This document shows positions 18,173 to 28,640 of a DNA stretch of 59,224 nucleotides, piece by piece. The stretch lies in the IMG/VR virus record IMGVR_UViG_3300042309_002053, positions 1-59,224 of that record; one strand, 5' to 3'. Numbering within the stretch: the first letter of the stretch is position 1; each line of letters starts with the position of its first letter. This DNA comes from a virus (lineage: Duplodnaviria > Caudoviricetes). The position numbers and the translations under genes are program-made. The notes beneath the pieces were generated by a model. The model did no database searches, was not told the DNA's origin, and saw only the letters and a program-made list of their open reading frames with translations.

Positions 18173-19720
18173 ATGGCGATTAATATCTTTGGTTTTACAA
18201 TTGGGCGTGAGGATAAACAACAGGAGTTAAAGAGTCAATCTTTTATAACTCCTGTTGCCGAAGACGGCACCTCCACGGTTTCAGCCGGTGGTTATTTTGG
18301 AACATATGTAGATATAGATGCATCAGCTCGGTCTGAATCCGAGCTGATCTCTCGTTATCGAGACATTTCCAATTACCCTGACGTTGACACTGCTATAGAA
18401 GAAATTATTACTGAGGCTATCGCTGCAATTGACAGCGAGGAACCAGTGAAGCTGGATCTAGATAAACTAGATCTTTCTGATAGTATAAAGAAAAAAATTC
18501 AGGATGAGTTTGATACACTTTTAAATCTTTTAGATTTTAAAGATAAAGCACACGATGTTTTTAGACGTTGGTATATTGACGGTCGTTTGTACTATCAAAA
18601 AGTTATAAACCCAGCGCAGACAAAAAAAGGTATTCAAGAACTTAGATTTATTGATCCGAGAAAGATCAGAAAAGTTCGACAAGTACAGAAAGAAAAATTA
18701 CAGTCTGGTGTTGAGGTAATTAAGTCTATTGATGAGTTTTTTGTTTATAACGATAAAGGGATTACTACTACACCAGGTACAGATCCTAATCAATCTAACG
18801 GTATAAGAATTGCACCAGATACAATTACATTTGTACCTTCCGGGCTTCTAGACCTAGATAGAAATGTGGTTATTGGTTACTTAAACAAGGCAATTAAGCC
18901 TGTTAACCAGCTTAAAATGATGGCAGACTCCTTAGTCATTTATAGACTGAGTAGAGCACCAGAGCGTAGAATTTTTTATATTGATGTAGGAAATTTACCT
19001 AAGATAAAAGCCGAGCAGTACATGAAGGACATCATGGCTCGCTATCGCAATAAGATAATCTACGATTCTACGACCGGTGAAGTTAAGGATGATCGTAAGT
19101 TCATGACTATGTTAGAAGATTTCTGGCTACCCAGACGCGAAGGCGGAAGAGGTACAGAAATTACTACCCTTCCAGGCGGAGAAAACTTAGGACAGATTCA
19201 AGATATTGAGTTCTTCCAAAATAAAGTATACCAGGCCCTCAACGTACCGGTATCGAGATTCCAACAGCAATCAGGTTTTAACTTTGGTAGAGCTGCTGAG
19301 ATTTCTAGAGATGAAGTAAAGTTTGCAAAGTTTATTAGCAGACTGCGTAGAAAGTTTAATAAGTTATTTGATGATTTGCTAGAAACGCAACTTGTACTTA
19401 AAGGTGTTATTACACCTGAAGATTGGCAAAGCATTAAAGAAAAGCTCGATTATCAGTACGCTCAAGATCAGTATTATCAAGAAATAAAAGAAGCTGAAAA
19501 TATAAGAAATAGACTTGATGTACTAAATCAAATGTCGCCGTATGTAGGTATTTACTTTAGTAAAGACTACGTAAGAAAGAAAGTTCTAAGACTCACTAAC
19601 GAAGAAATAGAACAAATAGAACAAGAAATTGAATCTGATCCCCCTGAAATTCAACCTGGAATGCCTGGTTCTGAACAGGCAGCAGCTCTTTCTAGAGAGA
19701 CGTTGGGTAATCAGGGATAA
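18173..19720 (+). CDS. gp20: Portal protein
   Basis: IYRLSRAPERRIFYIDVGNLPK.KAEQY; EDFWLPRREGGRGTEITTLPGG. Confidence 0.97.
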   Translation: MAINIFGFTIGREDKQQELKSQSFITPVAEDGTSTVSAGGYFGTYVDIDASARSESELISRYRDISNYPDVDTAIEEIITEAIAAIDSEEPVKLDLDKLDLSDSIKKKIQDEFDTLLNLLDFKDKAHDVFRRWYIDGRLYYQKVINPAQTKKGIQELRFIDPRKIRKVRQVQKEKLQSGVEVIKSIDEFFVYNDKGITTTPGTDPNQSNGIRIAPDTITFVPSGLLDLDRNVVIGYLNKAIKPVNQLKMMADSLVIYRLSRAPERRIFYIDVGNLPKIKAEQYMKDIMARYRNKIIYDSTTGEVKDDRKFMTMLEDFWLPRREGGRGTEITTLPGGENLGQIQDIEFFQNKVYQALNVPVSRFQQQSGFNFGRAAEISRDEVKFAKFISRLRRKFNKLFDDLLETQLVLKGVITPEDWQSIKEKLDYQYAQDQYYQEIKEAENIRNRLDVLNQMSPYVGIYFSKDYVRKKVLRLTNEEIEQIEQEIESDPPEIQPGMPGSEQAAALSRETLGNQG

Positions 19721-19723
19721 ATA
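19716..19723 (+). promoter_or_regulatory. T4-type late promoter (variant)
   Basis: GATAAATA overlapping the gp20 stop. Confidence 0.55.
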
Positions 19724-19739
19724 AATTAATGGAGTAAAT

Positions 19740-19952
19740 ATGGACAATCAAGAATTAATTAACAATATTATAGATAAAATTATTTCTGGTGATAATGCCG
19801 AGGCTAAACAGTCTATTGAGAGCATTCTTACACAGAAAATGAACGATGCTATTGATGTTAAAAAACAGGAAGTCGCGCAAAGCATTTATTCTCAGCAGAC
19901 AACCGATGATGTGAGTAGTGAAGAAGAACCCGAAAGCACTCAACAAAGCTAA
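19740..19952 (+). CDS. Small acidic prohead core protein (gp67 position)
   Basis: 70 aa acidic helical ORF directly after the portal gene. Confidence 0.6.
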   Translation: MDNQELINNIIDKIISGDNAEAKQSIESILTQKMNDAIDVKKQEVAQSIYSQQTTDDVSSEEEPESTQQS

Positions 19953-19964
19953 AAGAGAATACAA

Positions 19965-20357
19965 ATGGCCGATATTCATATTCTTAAAAACACGCGACGC
20001 CAAGCCGCTGTTAAAGTATCAGGAACAGGGTCAGCTACTATTGATGTAGCGTCTCTTGCTTATGCTGATCAAACTATAACCACCGCCAATCTTGAACTGA
20101 TGCTTACAGATGCATCATTTATGACTACTTCAAGCGGTAATGTAAAGAGAAACAGCAACTTAATCCTTGTCATGCCGTCAGGATCAGCTGATACGTTTAA
20201 CTTTACTTCCGACATTGGGGTCAATCTTAACGAAGCCGCTAATTCAAATATCGTGGTTAACCTAGGTGCCACCGAAGGTGTGTGTATTTTACAGTTCAGT
20301 AAGGGTGCTGGTTATAACGATCCTAATAGACAAAATCAAGGACCTGGCTCACTATGA
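19965..20357 (+). CDS. hypothetical protein, head gene cluster
   Basis: 130 aa beta-rich ORF between the core protein and gp21; ATGA overlap with gp21. Confidence 0.6.
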   Translation: MADIHILKNTRRQAAVKVSGTGSATIDVASLAYADQTITTANLELMLTDASFMTTSSGNVKRNSNLILVMPSGSADTFNFTSDIGVNLNEAANSNIVVNLGATEGVCILQFSKGAGYNDPNRQNQGPGSL

Positions 20358-20998
20358 AGCTGATCACTGAAACCACTCAGGATGTTAAATTCCTGACGGA
20401 AAAAAAAGAAGACGGTTCTAAAGGATACTTTATTGAAGGTATCTTTATGCAAACCGAAAAAGAAAATAGAAACGGCCGCATTTACCGCAAAGGTATAATG
20501 GAAAGTGCACTTAATGAATATCAAGGTCTTATTGAATCAAAAAGATCTTTAGGAGAGTTAGGACATCCTCCTAACCCTCAAATTAATCTTAACCAAGTAT
20601 CTCACCTTATTACTCGTCTTAATTTTGAAGGCAACGACGTTTACGGTCGCGCCAAGATACTTGATACACCCATGGGTAAGATTGCCAAGAACCTAATTGA
20701 TGAAGGGGTGTCCTTCGGTGTTTCTTCTAGAGGTCTAGGTTCTATTAAAGAAGTTAACGGTATCAACGAAGTACAAGATGACTTTCATTTAGCTACTGTA
20801 GATATCGTTGCTGATCCTTCAGCCCCGGATGCCTTCGTACAAGGTATTATGGAGTCAGCTGAATGGATTCTTGACAATGGTGTATGGAAATCTGTACAAA
20901 TTGAACAGGCTAGAAAAACTATTAAAAAGGCTAATAAAGCTGAACTTAGTAGCGTTAAGCTTAAGCTATTTGAATCGTTCTTAAAGAGCGTCAAGTAA
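20354..20998 (+). CDS. gp21: Prohead protease
   Basis: NRNGRIY, LGELGHP, GVSSRGLGS, DIVADPSAPDA. Confidence 0.96.
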   Translation: MKLITETTQDVKFLTEKKEDGSKGYFIEGIFMQTEKENRNGRIYRKGIMESALNEYQGLIESKRSLGELGHPPNPQINLNQVSHLITRLNFEGNDVYGRAKILDTPMGKIAKNLIDEGVSFGVSSRGLGSIKEVNGINEVQDDFHLATVDIVADPSAPDAFVQGIMESAEWILDNGVWKSVQIEQARKTIKKANKAELSSVKLKLFESFLKSVK

Positions 20999-21006
20999 CT
21001 TTATTT

Positions 21007-21014
21007 TATAAATA
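21007..21014 (+). promoter_or_regulatory. T4-type late promoter
   Basis: Exact TATAAATA before gp22. Confidence 0.85.
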
Positions 21015-21047
21015 ATAGATCACGTAATCTACTCTTAGGAGAACAGG

Positions 21048-22163
21048 ATGTCAGTCGAAGCAAAAATTAAAGAGTTGTTAGGCCGCGTAAGCGCTTCACA
21101 ACAACTGACTGAAGAATCTACCGAGAACCTTGCTGCTGCGGGTATAGCTGATACCGGCACTAAGGCAGCTGCTAGCATGAAGAAAGATACTTCAAAAGCT
21201 GCTTCTGCTGCAATCGCTGGTGACACTACTGCGCCCAAGCAAGGTGATTCGAAAGACGCTTCATTCACAACACGCGATGAAGACGATGCTAATCCTGGTG
21301 CTGCTGTTTCAGCTGGCATCACTAAAGCAGGTCTTCCCGATAATAAGGGCGACGCTAAAACCGCCAAAGTTCCAGCAATGGAATCAACTGAAGAAGAATC
21401 AGAAGAGTTCGTAATCTCTGAAGAAGAGACTGAAGAACAAATTGATATTTCTTCTCAGTTAAATTCTATTTTCGGTGAAGAGCTCTCTGAAGACTTCAAG
21501 ACCAAAGCTACCTCTATTTTTGAAGCTGCCGTTATCGCTCGTGTAAACAGCGAAATGGAAAAAGTGACAGCCAAGCTAGAAGAGCAGTCTGTCGCACAAC
21601 TACAAGAATTCAAAACCGGTATTGTAGAAAAAGTTGATAACTATCTATCCTATGTTGTCGAGCAGTGGATGGAAGAGAATCAACTAGCTGTTGAAGCTGG
21701 GCTACGTACTGAAATTGCAGAAGATTTCATTTCTGGACTTAAGACTCTGTTTAAAGAGCACTACATTGAAGTTCCAGAAGAAAAGTATGATGTCATTACA
21801 GACCTAGAAACACAAAAGTCTGAAATGAAGGAAAAACTCGATGAGAGTATTGCTCAAAATGTTGAGCTTTCTAAGGAACTTAGCGCACTCAAGCGTGCTA
21901 AGGTACTAGAAGAACAAACAAAAGACCTAGCTGCTACGGAAGCTGAAAAGCTAACAAAGCTTGTCGAAGGTGTTGAGTTTGACACGGAAGAGCTGTACAA
22001 AGAGAAAGTAGCTGTCATTAAGGAAAATTATTTCCCTAAGACTGTTGCTAAGTCTCCTGAGCAGTTACTCGTTGAAGAAAGCGGTACCACACCTGCTTTT
22101 GAAAACAATGACACGATTTCTAGATATGCCACGGCAATTTCTAGATCTGTCAAGAAAAGATAA
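21048..22163 (+). CDS. gp22: Prohead scaffold/core protein
   Basis: LSEDFKTKATSIFEAAV, VDNYLSYVVEQWMEEN.LA, LFKEHYIEVPEEK. Confidence 0.93.
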   Translation: MSVEAKIKELLGRVSASQQLTEESTENLAAAGIADTGTKAAASMKKDTSKAASAAIAGDTTAPKQGDSKDASFTTRDEDDANPGAAVSAGITKAGLPDNKGDAKTAKVPAMESTEEESEEFVISEEETEEQIDISSQLNSIFGEELSEDFKTKATSIFEAAVIARVNSEMEKVTAKLEEQSVAQLQEFKTGIVEKVDNYLSYVVEQWMEENQLAVEAGLRTEIAEDFISGLKTLFKEHYIEVPEEKYDVITDLETQKSEMKEKLDESIAQNVELSKELSALKRAKVLEEQTKDLAATEAEKLTKLVEGVEFDTEELYKEKVAVIKENYFPKTVAKSPEQLLVEESGTTPAFENNDTISRYATAISRSVKKR

Positions 22164-22165
22164 CT

Positions 22166-22173
22166 TATAAATA
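22166..22173 (+). promoter_or_regulatory. T4-type late promoter
   Basis: Exact TATAAATA before gp23. Confidence 0.88.
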
Positions 22174-22200
22174 TACAAACCATTCCATAAGGAGAAGGTA

Positions 22201-23547
22201 ATGTACCTATCAGAAAACATTCAAAAGAAGTGGGGCGCTATTCTCGATCACGCCGACCTTCCTGAAATCAAAGACAACTATAAGAAGTCTGTAACTGCAG
22301 TACTTCTTGAGAACCAAGAAAGAGCTCTTCGCGAAGAGCGTCAGATGCTTGCTGAAGTTGCTCCTGCAAACAGCATCATGGCCAACGACGGTGCAACAAG
22401 CATCGACCGCTACGATCCGATCCTGATCGGTCTAGTACGTCGTGCTATGCCTAACCTGATGGCTTATGACATCTGCGGCGTTCAGCCTATGACTGGTCCT
22501 ACCGGTCTTATCTTCGCAATGCGCTCTGTATACGGTAACACCCGTACAGACTCCGGTCTAACCGAAGCTCTGTTCAACGAAGCTGACACCGACTTCTCGT
22601 CATCTTCTTACTCTTCAGCTCTTGCCGGCTCAGGTACTCCTCTGAACGGTACTCACCAGGGCAATAACCCTGTTGATGGTACATACACCACTGGTGGTGG
22701 TATGACCACAGCTGAAGCTGAAGCTCTTGGTGATGCTGCTGGTAACGCTTTCGGTCAGATGGGTTTTGCTATCGACAAGACCACTGTTACAGCTCGTTCA
22801 CGTGCTCTGAAGGCTGAGTACACCTTAGAACTAGCACAAGACCTGAAGGCTATCCACGGTCTTGACGCTGAGTCTGAGCTTTCAAACATCCTGTCACAGG
22901 AAATCATGTTTGAAATCAACCGCGAAGTTGTTCGTACAATCTACAAGGTTGCCAAGCCTGGTTCACCTTCTACAGCTACCGCTGGCACATTCAACCTAGA
23001 CGTTGACTCTAACGGCCGTTGGTCTGTTGAGCGCTTCAAGGGTCTGCTGTTCAACATGGAACGCGACGCTAACCACATCGGTCAAGATACCCGTCGTGGC
23101 AAGGGTAACTTCATCGTCTGCTCTGCTGACGTTGCTTCTGCTCTAGCAATGGCTGGTGTTCTGGACTATGCTCCTGCACTGTCTACCAACCTGAACGTTG
23201 ACGATACCGGTAACACCTTCGCTGGTGTCCTGAATGGTCGTTTCCGCGTTTACATCGACCCATATTCTGCCAACCTAGGCGCTGCTAGCCAGTTCTACGT
23301 TGTTGGTTATAAGGGTACTTCACCTTATGACGCTGGTATTTTCTACTGCCCATACGTTCCTCTACAGATGGTTCGTGCAGTTGATCCTAACAGCTTCCAG
23401 CCAAAGATTGGCTTCAAGACCCGCTACGGCATGATTGCTAACCCATACGTTACAACATCCGGTGGTTCTGCAGCTGCTGACGCTGACACATTTACAGCTA
23501 ACCGCAACCAGTACTATCGTCGTACCAAGGTTGTCAACCTGATGTAA
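22201..23547 (+). CDS. gp23: Major capsid protein
   Basis: GVQPMTGPTGLIFAMR, RALKAEYTLELAQDLKAIHGLDAE, YCPYVPL, FQPKIGFKTRYG. Confidence 0.98.
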   Translation: MYLSENIQKKWGAILDHADLPEIKDNYKKSVTAVLLENQERALREERQMLAEVAPANSIMANDGATSIDRYDPILIGLVRRAMPNLMAYDICGVQPMTGPTGLIFAMRSVYGNTRTDSGLTEALFNEADTDFSSSSYSSALAGSGTPLNGTHQGNNPVDGTYTTGGGMTTAEAEALGDAAGNAFGQMGFAIDKTTVTARSRALKAEYTLELAQDLKAIHGLDAESELSNILSQEIMFEINREVVRTIYKVAKPGSPSTATAGTFNLDVDSNGRWSVERFKGLLFNMERDANHIGQDTRRGKGNFIVCSADVASALAMAGVLDYAPALSTNLNVDDTGNTFAGVLNGRFRVYIDPYSANLGAASQFYVVGYKGTSPYDAGIFYCPYVPLQMVRAVDPNSFQPKIGFKTRYGMIANPYVTTSGGSAAADADTFTANRNQYYRRTKVVNLM

Positions 23548-23570
23548 TTGAACCGACAGAGATCGGTATT

Positions 23571-23598
23571 AGAGGGAGCTTCGGCTCCCTCTTTTTTT
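23571..23598 (+). terminator. Rho-independent terminator with cUUCGg tetraloop
   Basis: AGAGGGAGC-TTCG-GCTCCCTCT followed by a T-run, after gp23. Confidence 0.93.
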
Positions 23599-23601
23599 AT
23601 G

Positions 23602-23609
23602 GATAAATA
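23602..23609 (+). promoter_or_regulatory. T4-type late promoter (variant)
   Basis: GATAAATA between the terminator and gp3. Confidence 0.65.
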
Positions 23610-23626
23610 TTGTAGAAAGGATTGAA

Positions 23627-24214
23627 ATGTTTACAGCAAACCTTAGCACAATATTAAACGAAGTTACCAGTGTAACGACGTCACCGGTTACAAACTACCT
23701 AAGACCAAACGGTTTTAGGTTCACCATTAAAGAGCTTCCAGGAGTGGCATTTACTTGCCAGTCCGCTAATCTCCCAGCTCTTACTTTAGGGTCAACCGTA
23801 CAACCCACGCCGTTCTTAGATATACCTCATGTTGGCGATAAAAACTCTTTTGGTGATTTTACCATTAGATTCCTTATTGCAGAAGACATGTCAAATTATC
23901 TAGAATTATATGAATGGCTAGTTGCACTTGGCTTTCCGAAAGACTATAATCAGTATAGGAACTTTTCGGGCGATCGCATGAATCGGTTTCCTTTCGTAAG
24001 AGATGCAAGAGGAGCTCCTATTTCGGTTGCCTATTCGGACGGTACTTTGACTATATTAGATAGTAACAACGTACCTAAGACCAATATACATTTTAAGGAT
24101 ATGTTTCCCGTTTCTGTCGAGGCTTTAGACTTCGATATCACGTCTTCAAGCGTAGAATATTTTGTAGGAATAGCATCATTTAAGTACAAACTGTTTGATA
24201 TTGAAGCATTATAA
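23627..24214 (+). CDS. gp3: Tail completion / tube terminator protein
   Basis: NYLRPNGFRF, CQSANLP, FLIAEDMSNYLELYEW, SDGTLTILDSNN, FPVS. Confidence 0.88.
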   Translation: MFTANLSTILNEVTSVTTSPVTNYLRPNGFRFTIKELPGVAFTCQSANLPALTLGSTVQPTPFLDIPHVGDKNSFGDFTIRFLIAEDMSNYLELYEWLVALGFPKDYNQYRNFSGDRMNRFPFVRDARGAPISVAYSDGTLTILDSNNVPKTNIHFKDMFPVSVEALDFDITSSSVEYFVGIASFKYKLFDIEAL

Positions 24215-24228
24215 CATTTGGAGTTTTT

Positions 24229-25113
24229 ATGACACAAAGAAAAGTTGAGTTGAAAGTTGAAGAGGTTCGTAAGAATAAATTTTTTATTGCTACACCATGC
24301 TATGGTGGTCAACTAAATGAGCCGTACTTCCGTTCAGTAATTAAAATGATGACGTTTTTTAACGGTCATCAAATCCCACTAGCTTTTGGTACCATTGCTA
24401 ATGAGTCACTTGTTACTCGAGCCCGTAATGTACTGCTAGCATACTTCCTTAATTCAGACTATACTCATCTTTTGTTTATTGATGCTGATATTGAGTTTCA
24501 AGTTGAAGATGTACTAAAGCTATACGCGCACGATAAGGATGTAGTTGTCGGTGCGTACCCTAAGAAGGGTGTAGCTTGGAATAGAATTAGACAAAATCTT
24601 ACGTCACCAGAACTCGGAGATAGGCCTCTGAGTGATAAGGAAATCGCTGCATTTGGTTCTGATTATGCTATTAACTTTAAATTTGTTGATCGTGAAAAAG
24701 GTACCATTGCAGTTGAAAAAGGCCTGATCAAGCTGCATGATGCGGGTACTGGTTTTATGATGATTAAGAGAGAAGCTATTCTCAAGATGATCAAAGCATA
24801 CCCTGAACTCAAGTATAATAATGATGTAAACATTAATAATGAGAGCTTGAAGGACCATTTCTACGCCTTGTTCGATACTATGATCGACCCTGTTGATCGC
24901 CGCTATCTTTCTGAAGACTATACCTTCTGTCGTCGCTGGCAAGAAATCGGTGGCGATATTTGGCTTGATCCGACAATCTCACTCAATCACTACGGTCATT
25001 TCTGTTTCCAGGGCAACCCGCAGGCTATTATTAATTTTAATGCACCGGTAAGTAATGAACTACCTCAAGCACCTAAGCGGGAAGTAGTTACATTGGACCT
25101 CCCTGACGAATAA
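24229..25113 (+). CDS. GT-A fold glycosyltransferase-like protein
   Basis: IATPCYGG, ESLVTRARN, LLFIDADI (DxD), GTGFMMI, LSEDYTFC.RW...GG.IW.D. Confidence 0.72.
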   Translation: MTQRKVELKVEEVRKNKFFIATPCYGGQLNEPYFRSVIKMMTFFNGHQIPLAFGTIANESLVTRARNVLLAYFLNSDYTHLLFIDADIEFQVEDVLKLYAHDKDVVVGAYPKKGVAWNRIRQNLTSPELGDRPLSDKEIAAFGSDYAINFKFVDREKGTIAVEKGLIKLHDAGTGFMMIKREAILKMIKAYPELKYNNDVNINNESLKDHFYALFDTMIDPVDRRYLSEDYTFCRRWQEIGGDIWLDPTISLNHYGHFCFQGNPQAIINFNAPVSNELPQAPKREVVTLDLPDE

Positions 25114-25130
25114 ATTGCGTCTACTATATT

Positions 25131-25571
25131 ATGAAATTATCTGATCTACAAGAAGAATGGACTAAAGATTCACCCATTAATGAGACTAACCTGGGTAGTG
25201 AAGCTGCCCGGGTACCTCTTCTCCACTCTAAGTATATCGGGTATCTTGGTAAGGTCAGGCTACAGCTCCGCAAGGCAGAATCAGACTACTTTAAAACTCG
25301 TAGTAAAAAATATCGATACTATCGAGGTGAAATGTCGCGCGATGAGTTAGAAGAAGAGGGCTGGGTTCAATTTCAAGGCAATAAACCATTAAAGAACGAG
25401 ATGGATGAATTCCTTCAATGTGATGGTGATTTAATCGAACTTCAAGATAAAGTAGAGTATTTTAAAACCGTTCAATATACTCTAGAGCAAATTATTAGAT
25501 CCCTCAATTCAAGGACCTGGGATATTAAGTCAAGCATTGAATGGGTTAAGTTTACGAATGGAATGTTATGA
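25131..25571 (+). CDS. uvsY: Recombination mediator
   Basis: W.KDS.I, LHSKY, YYRG, R.WDIKS.IEW.KF; position before uvsW. Confidence 0.88.
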   Translation: MKLSDLQEEWTKDSPINETNLGSEAARVPLLHSKYIGYLGKVRLQLRKAESDYFKTRSKKYRYYRGEMSRDELEEEGWVQFQGNKPLKNEMDEFLQCDGDLIELQDKVEYFKTVQYTLEQIIRSLNSRTWDIKSSIEWVKFTNGML

Positions 25572-26194
25572 TAAATTACGAAAAAATTGTTCTTGACGAG
25601 CTGTTTTTTATTAAATTTAAATTACCCGATGATGTATTTCAGGCTATAAAAGCAGAAGTACAGGAAATGAAAGATAATAACTTTGAAGAGACAGTCCCTT
25701 ATAATACTAACCTCGCAGGTGCTATAGAACAAGAATATTCGCTTTTTAAATGTCGCGATGCTATTAATGACTTTTTTTATAATTGTAATATTAGACCAAA
25801 TGGTAAAAGACTAAAATTAGCTAAAGCCTACGGTTTATCGCTATGGGTAAATTTTCAAAAAAAACACGAATATAACCCGTTGCATAATCACGACAGTAGT
25901 TTCAGCTTTGTAACATGGGTAAACATACCATACACATTGGAAAATGAGCTTGCTTGTAGCCATGCTAAGAGCGGCACATCACCAATGGCTCCAGCGTTTA
26001 TGTTCCTTTTTTCTAAAACAGTTCCTGATCCACGCTTCCCGGTAGATTTTTTCCGGATCGAAGTTGAGAAAAAGCACGAAGGATTGTGCTTGGTTTTTCC
26101 TAGTAATTTACAGCACATGGTAACTCCGTTTTATACCTCAGATGACTATAGAATTTCAGTTTCCGGTAATTTTGACTTAGTAGATGCAGATTAA
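25568..26194 (+). CDS. Putative 2OG-Fe(II) oxygenase
   Basis: WVNFQKKHEYNPLHNH, SFVTWVNIP, FPSNLQHMVTPF, RISVSGN. Confidence 0.8.
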   Translation: MINYEKIVLDELFFIKFKLPDDVFQAIKAEVQEMKDNNFEETVPYNTNLAGAIEQEYSLFKCRDAINDFFYNCNIRPNGKRLKLAKAYGLSLWVNFQKKHEYNPLHNHDSSFSFVTWVNIPYTLENELACSHAKSGTSPMAPAFMFLFSKTVPDPRFPVDFFRIEVEKKHEGLCLVFPSNLQHMVTPFYTSDDYRISVSGNFDLVDAD

Positions 26195-27662
26195 AATCCA
26201 AAAAAAGAACGAAGTCTATTTAAAAGTAGACTGCGAACCGGGTATCGCACAAGAGCTTAACGATCATTTTTGCTTTGATGCTCCGGGGGCTCGTTTCCAC
26301 CCATTAGTACGAAATAAACTATGGGATGGTAAAATTCGTCTTTTTTCTATGCTTACTAAAGAGCTCTACATAGGGCTCTTACACTATCTAGAGCATTTTG
26401 CTGAAGTTAATAACTATCAAATCGATTATGAGCAATATACCCAACAAGCCGATGCAGTCACACCTGAACTGGTCAAACAGTTTGTCGATGAACTCAACAT
26501 ATCCTTACCGGGTGGCGCATCCGTTAGAGAATATCAATTGGATGCGATCTACCGGGCTATCACAGATGGTAGGCGTCTTCTTCTCTCACCCACAGGCTCG
26601 GGTAAATCTCTCATTATCTACTGCTTACTGCGATGGAACGAACGATTCGGAAGAAAGCAGCTTATCCTGGTCCCAACCACTTCCCTGGTCGAGCAAATGT
26701 ATGCCGATTTCCAATCCTACTCTCAAAATAACGGATGGAAAGCTTCCTATAATTGTTCAAGAATCTACTCGGGACATTCTAAAGAAAATCTTCTACCGAT
26801 CGTAATATCTACTTGGCAATCAGTATATGAATTGCCGAAAAAGTTCTTCGAAGAATTTCAAGTTGTATATGGTGATGAAGCGCACTTGTTTAAAGCAAAA
26901 TCACTTACCAGTATCATGCATAAGATGTCCAAGACACCTTATCGTGTAGGTACAACCGGTACACTAGACGGTACCAAGACCCATAAGCTAGTTCTAGAAG
27001 GGTTATTTGGACCCGTCTACAAGGTTACAACGACTAAAGAGCTGATGGATAGCAGTCAGCTGGCTGAGTTAAAGATATTTGGTATTATCCTTAACTATTC
27101 TGATGATATAAAAAAGAACAACAAAGAACTCAAATATCAAGAAGAGATGGACTGGCTAGTACAGCACGAGCCACGAAACCGTTTCATTCGGAATTTAGCG
27201 CTAAAACAGAAGGGAAACACCCTAGTTTTGTTCCAATTCGTTGAAAAACACGGTAAAAATCTGTACGATTTGATACAAAATAAAGCAGAAGAAGGTAGGA
27301 TGGTATCGTTCGTATTCGGAGGTACTGATACTGATCAAAGAGAAACCATTCGCTCGTTAACCGAGAAACAAGATAACGCTATCATTATTGCGTCCTATGG
27401 TACGTTTTCTACAGGAATAAATATTAGAAACCTTCACAATATTATTTTTGCTTCCCCTTCTAAATCACGGATTAGAAACTTGCAGTCGATTGGTAGAGGC
27501 TTAAGATTAGGTGATGAAAAGGTAAGCTGTAATCTGTATGATATTGGTGATGATTTAACTTGGAAAACAAGAAAGAACTACACCCTACTACACATGGTCG
27601 AGCGCTTGAAGATTTACAACGACGAGCACTTTGACTACAAACTAATAAAGGTAGACCTCTAA
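26184..27662 (+). CDS. uvsW: SF2 RNA-DNA/DNA helicase
   Basis: SPTGSGKS, DEAH, GTTGT, STGINI, QSIGRGLR. Confidence 0.95.
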   Translation: MQIKIQKKNEVYLKVDCEPGIAQELNDHFCFDAPGARFHPLVRNKLWDGKIRLFSMLTKELYIGLLHYLEHFAEVNNYQIDYEQYTQQADAVTPELVKQFVDELNISLPGGASVREYQLDAIYRAITDGRRLLLSPTGSGKSLIIYCLLRWNERFGRKQLILVPTTSLVEQMYADFQSYSQNNGWKASYNCSRIYSGHSKENLLPIVISTWQSVYELPKKFFEEFQVVYGDEAHLFKAKSLTSIMHKMSKTPYRVGTTGTLDGTKTHKLVLEGLFGPVYKVTTTKELMDSSQLAELKIFGIILNYSDDIKKNNKELKYQEEMDWLVQHEPRNRFIRNLALKQKGNTLVLFQFVEKHGKNLYDLIQNKAEEGRMVSFVFGGTDTDQRETIRSLTEKQDNAIIIASYGTFSTGINIRNLHNIIFASPSKSRIRNLQSIGRGLRLGDEKVSCNLYDIGDDLTWKTRKNYTLLHMVERLKIYNDEHFDYKLIKVDL

Positions 27663-28111
27663 TGTTCTGTAAGTTTCTTAAACTCACCAACGGTGAAAAT
27701 ATAATTGCGACTACGGAAGACGAATGCACAACTTTTAAAGATAAAGAATTTTTGCAAGTAACAGACCCCGTACAGGTTGGTACTATACGGATGCCCAGAG
27801 GTAATATGGTCATTGAGTCATATGTTCTTCAACCCTGGATAAGACTAGCAAAAGAAAATATAGTTAACATTCATGTTCATAATATTGTAGCTACGGTTGA
27901 TCTTCCCGAAGATGCTCAAGCACAATATTATGATTTTATTCAAACGTCAGGTAAGATTAGTTTTACTTCTGGAGATGGCCAAGCCGAAGCAGAAGAAATG
28001 GAAGAGCAGCTTGAGGAGGAACAAAATGATCTCTTAAGCAGTATTTTTGATAGTGATGAAGAGGAAGACAATGGATACACAGCAAGAACCCGTACAAGAA
28101 TTATCCACTGA
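27662..28111 (+). CDS. Conserved T4-like hypothetical protein with acidic tail
   Basis: KLTNGENIIA N-terminus; between uvsW and gp55. Confidence 0.65.
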   Translation: MFCKFLKLTNGENIIATTEDECTTFKDKEFLQVTDPVQVGTIRMPRGNMVIESYVLQPWIRLAKENIVNIHVHNIVATVDLPEDAQAQYYDFIQTSGKISFTSGDGQAEAEEMEEQLEEEQNDLLSSIFDSDEEEDNGYTARTRTRIIH

Positions 28112-28640
28112 GAAGAAACCTTCTCACTATGTAGATAATAAAAAATTTTTTGAAGCTCTGGTTGAATATAAGCAGCAAATAGAGCATGCTAAAGCAAACT
28201 GTCTTCCAAAGCCGAGAGTAAGTGAGTACATAGGAGAATGCTTCCTTAAAATTGCTACTCATTTATCCTACAAGGCTAACTTTATTAACTATACTTTTAA
28301 AGATGATATGATATCTGACGGTATAGAGAACTGCCTGACCGCTGTTGATAAGTTTGACCCTACTAGATCTACTAATCCATTTGCCTACTATACGCAGATA
28401 GTTTTCTTCGCTTTTGTAAGACGAATACAAAAAGAAAAGAAACAACAAGCAACTAAGTACAAGATGATGGAGAATGTAGATATAGATATGCTTATTTCTC
28501 ACTCTCAAGATAATGAAGAGTTTACTAATCAACTTATCGAAATGGTTCGTAAGCAGTACGACCAGATCGACACAGATAAGAAAACCTTACCAGTAAAAAA
28601 GAAGAAAGAAAAACAAGTCGAAGTTGACGACGATCAATAA
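28071..28640 (+). CDS. gp55: Late transcription sigma factor
   Basis: HYVDNKKF, YIGECFLKIA.HLS, DMISDGIENC, NPFAYYTQI..FAF.RRI.KEKKQ; ATG 28071 after GAGG. Confidence 0.93.
   Translation: MDTQQEPVQELSTEKKPSHYVDNKKFFEALVEYKQQIEHAKANCLPKPRVSEYIGECFLKIATHLSYKANFINYTFKDDMISDGIENCLTAVDKFDPTRSTNPFAYYTQIVFFAFVRRIQKEKKQQATKYKMMENVDIDMLISHSQDNEEFTNQLIEMVRKQYDQIDTDKKTLPVKKKKEKQVEVDDDQ

Noticed and set aside
13848-23547. Introns or inteins in terminase, portal or capsid genes
   Set aside because: ORFs are continuous and of ordinary T4-like length; no splicing motifs seen
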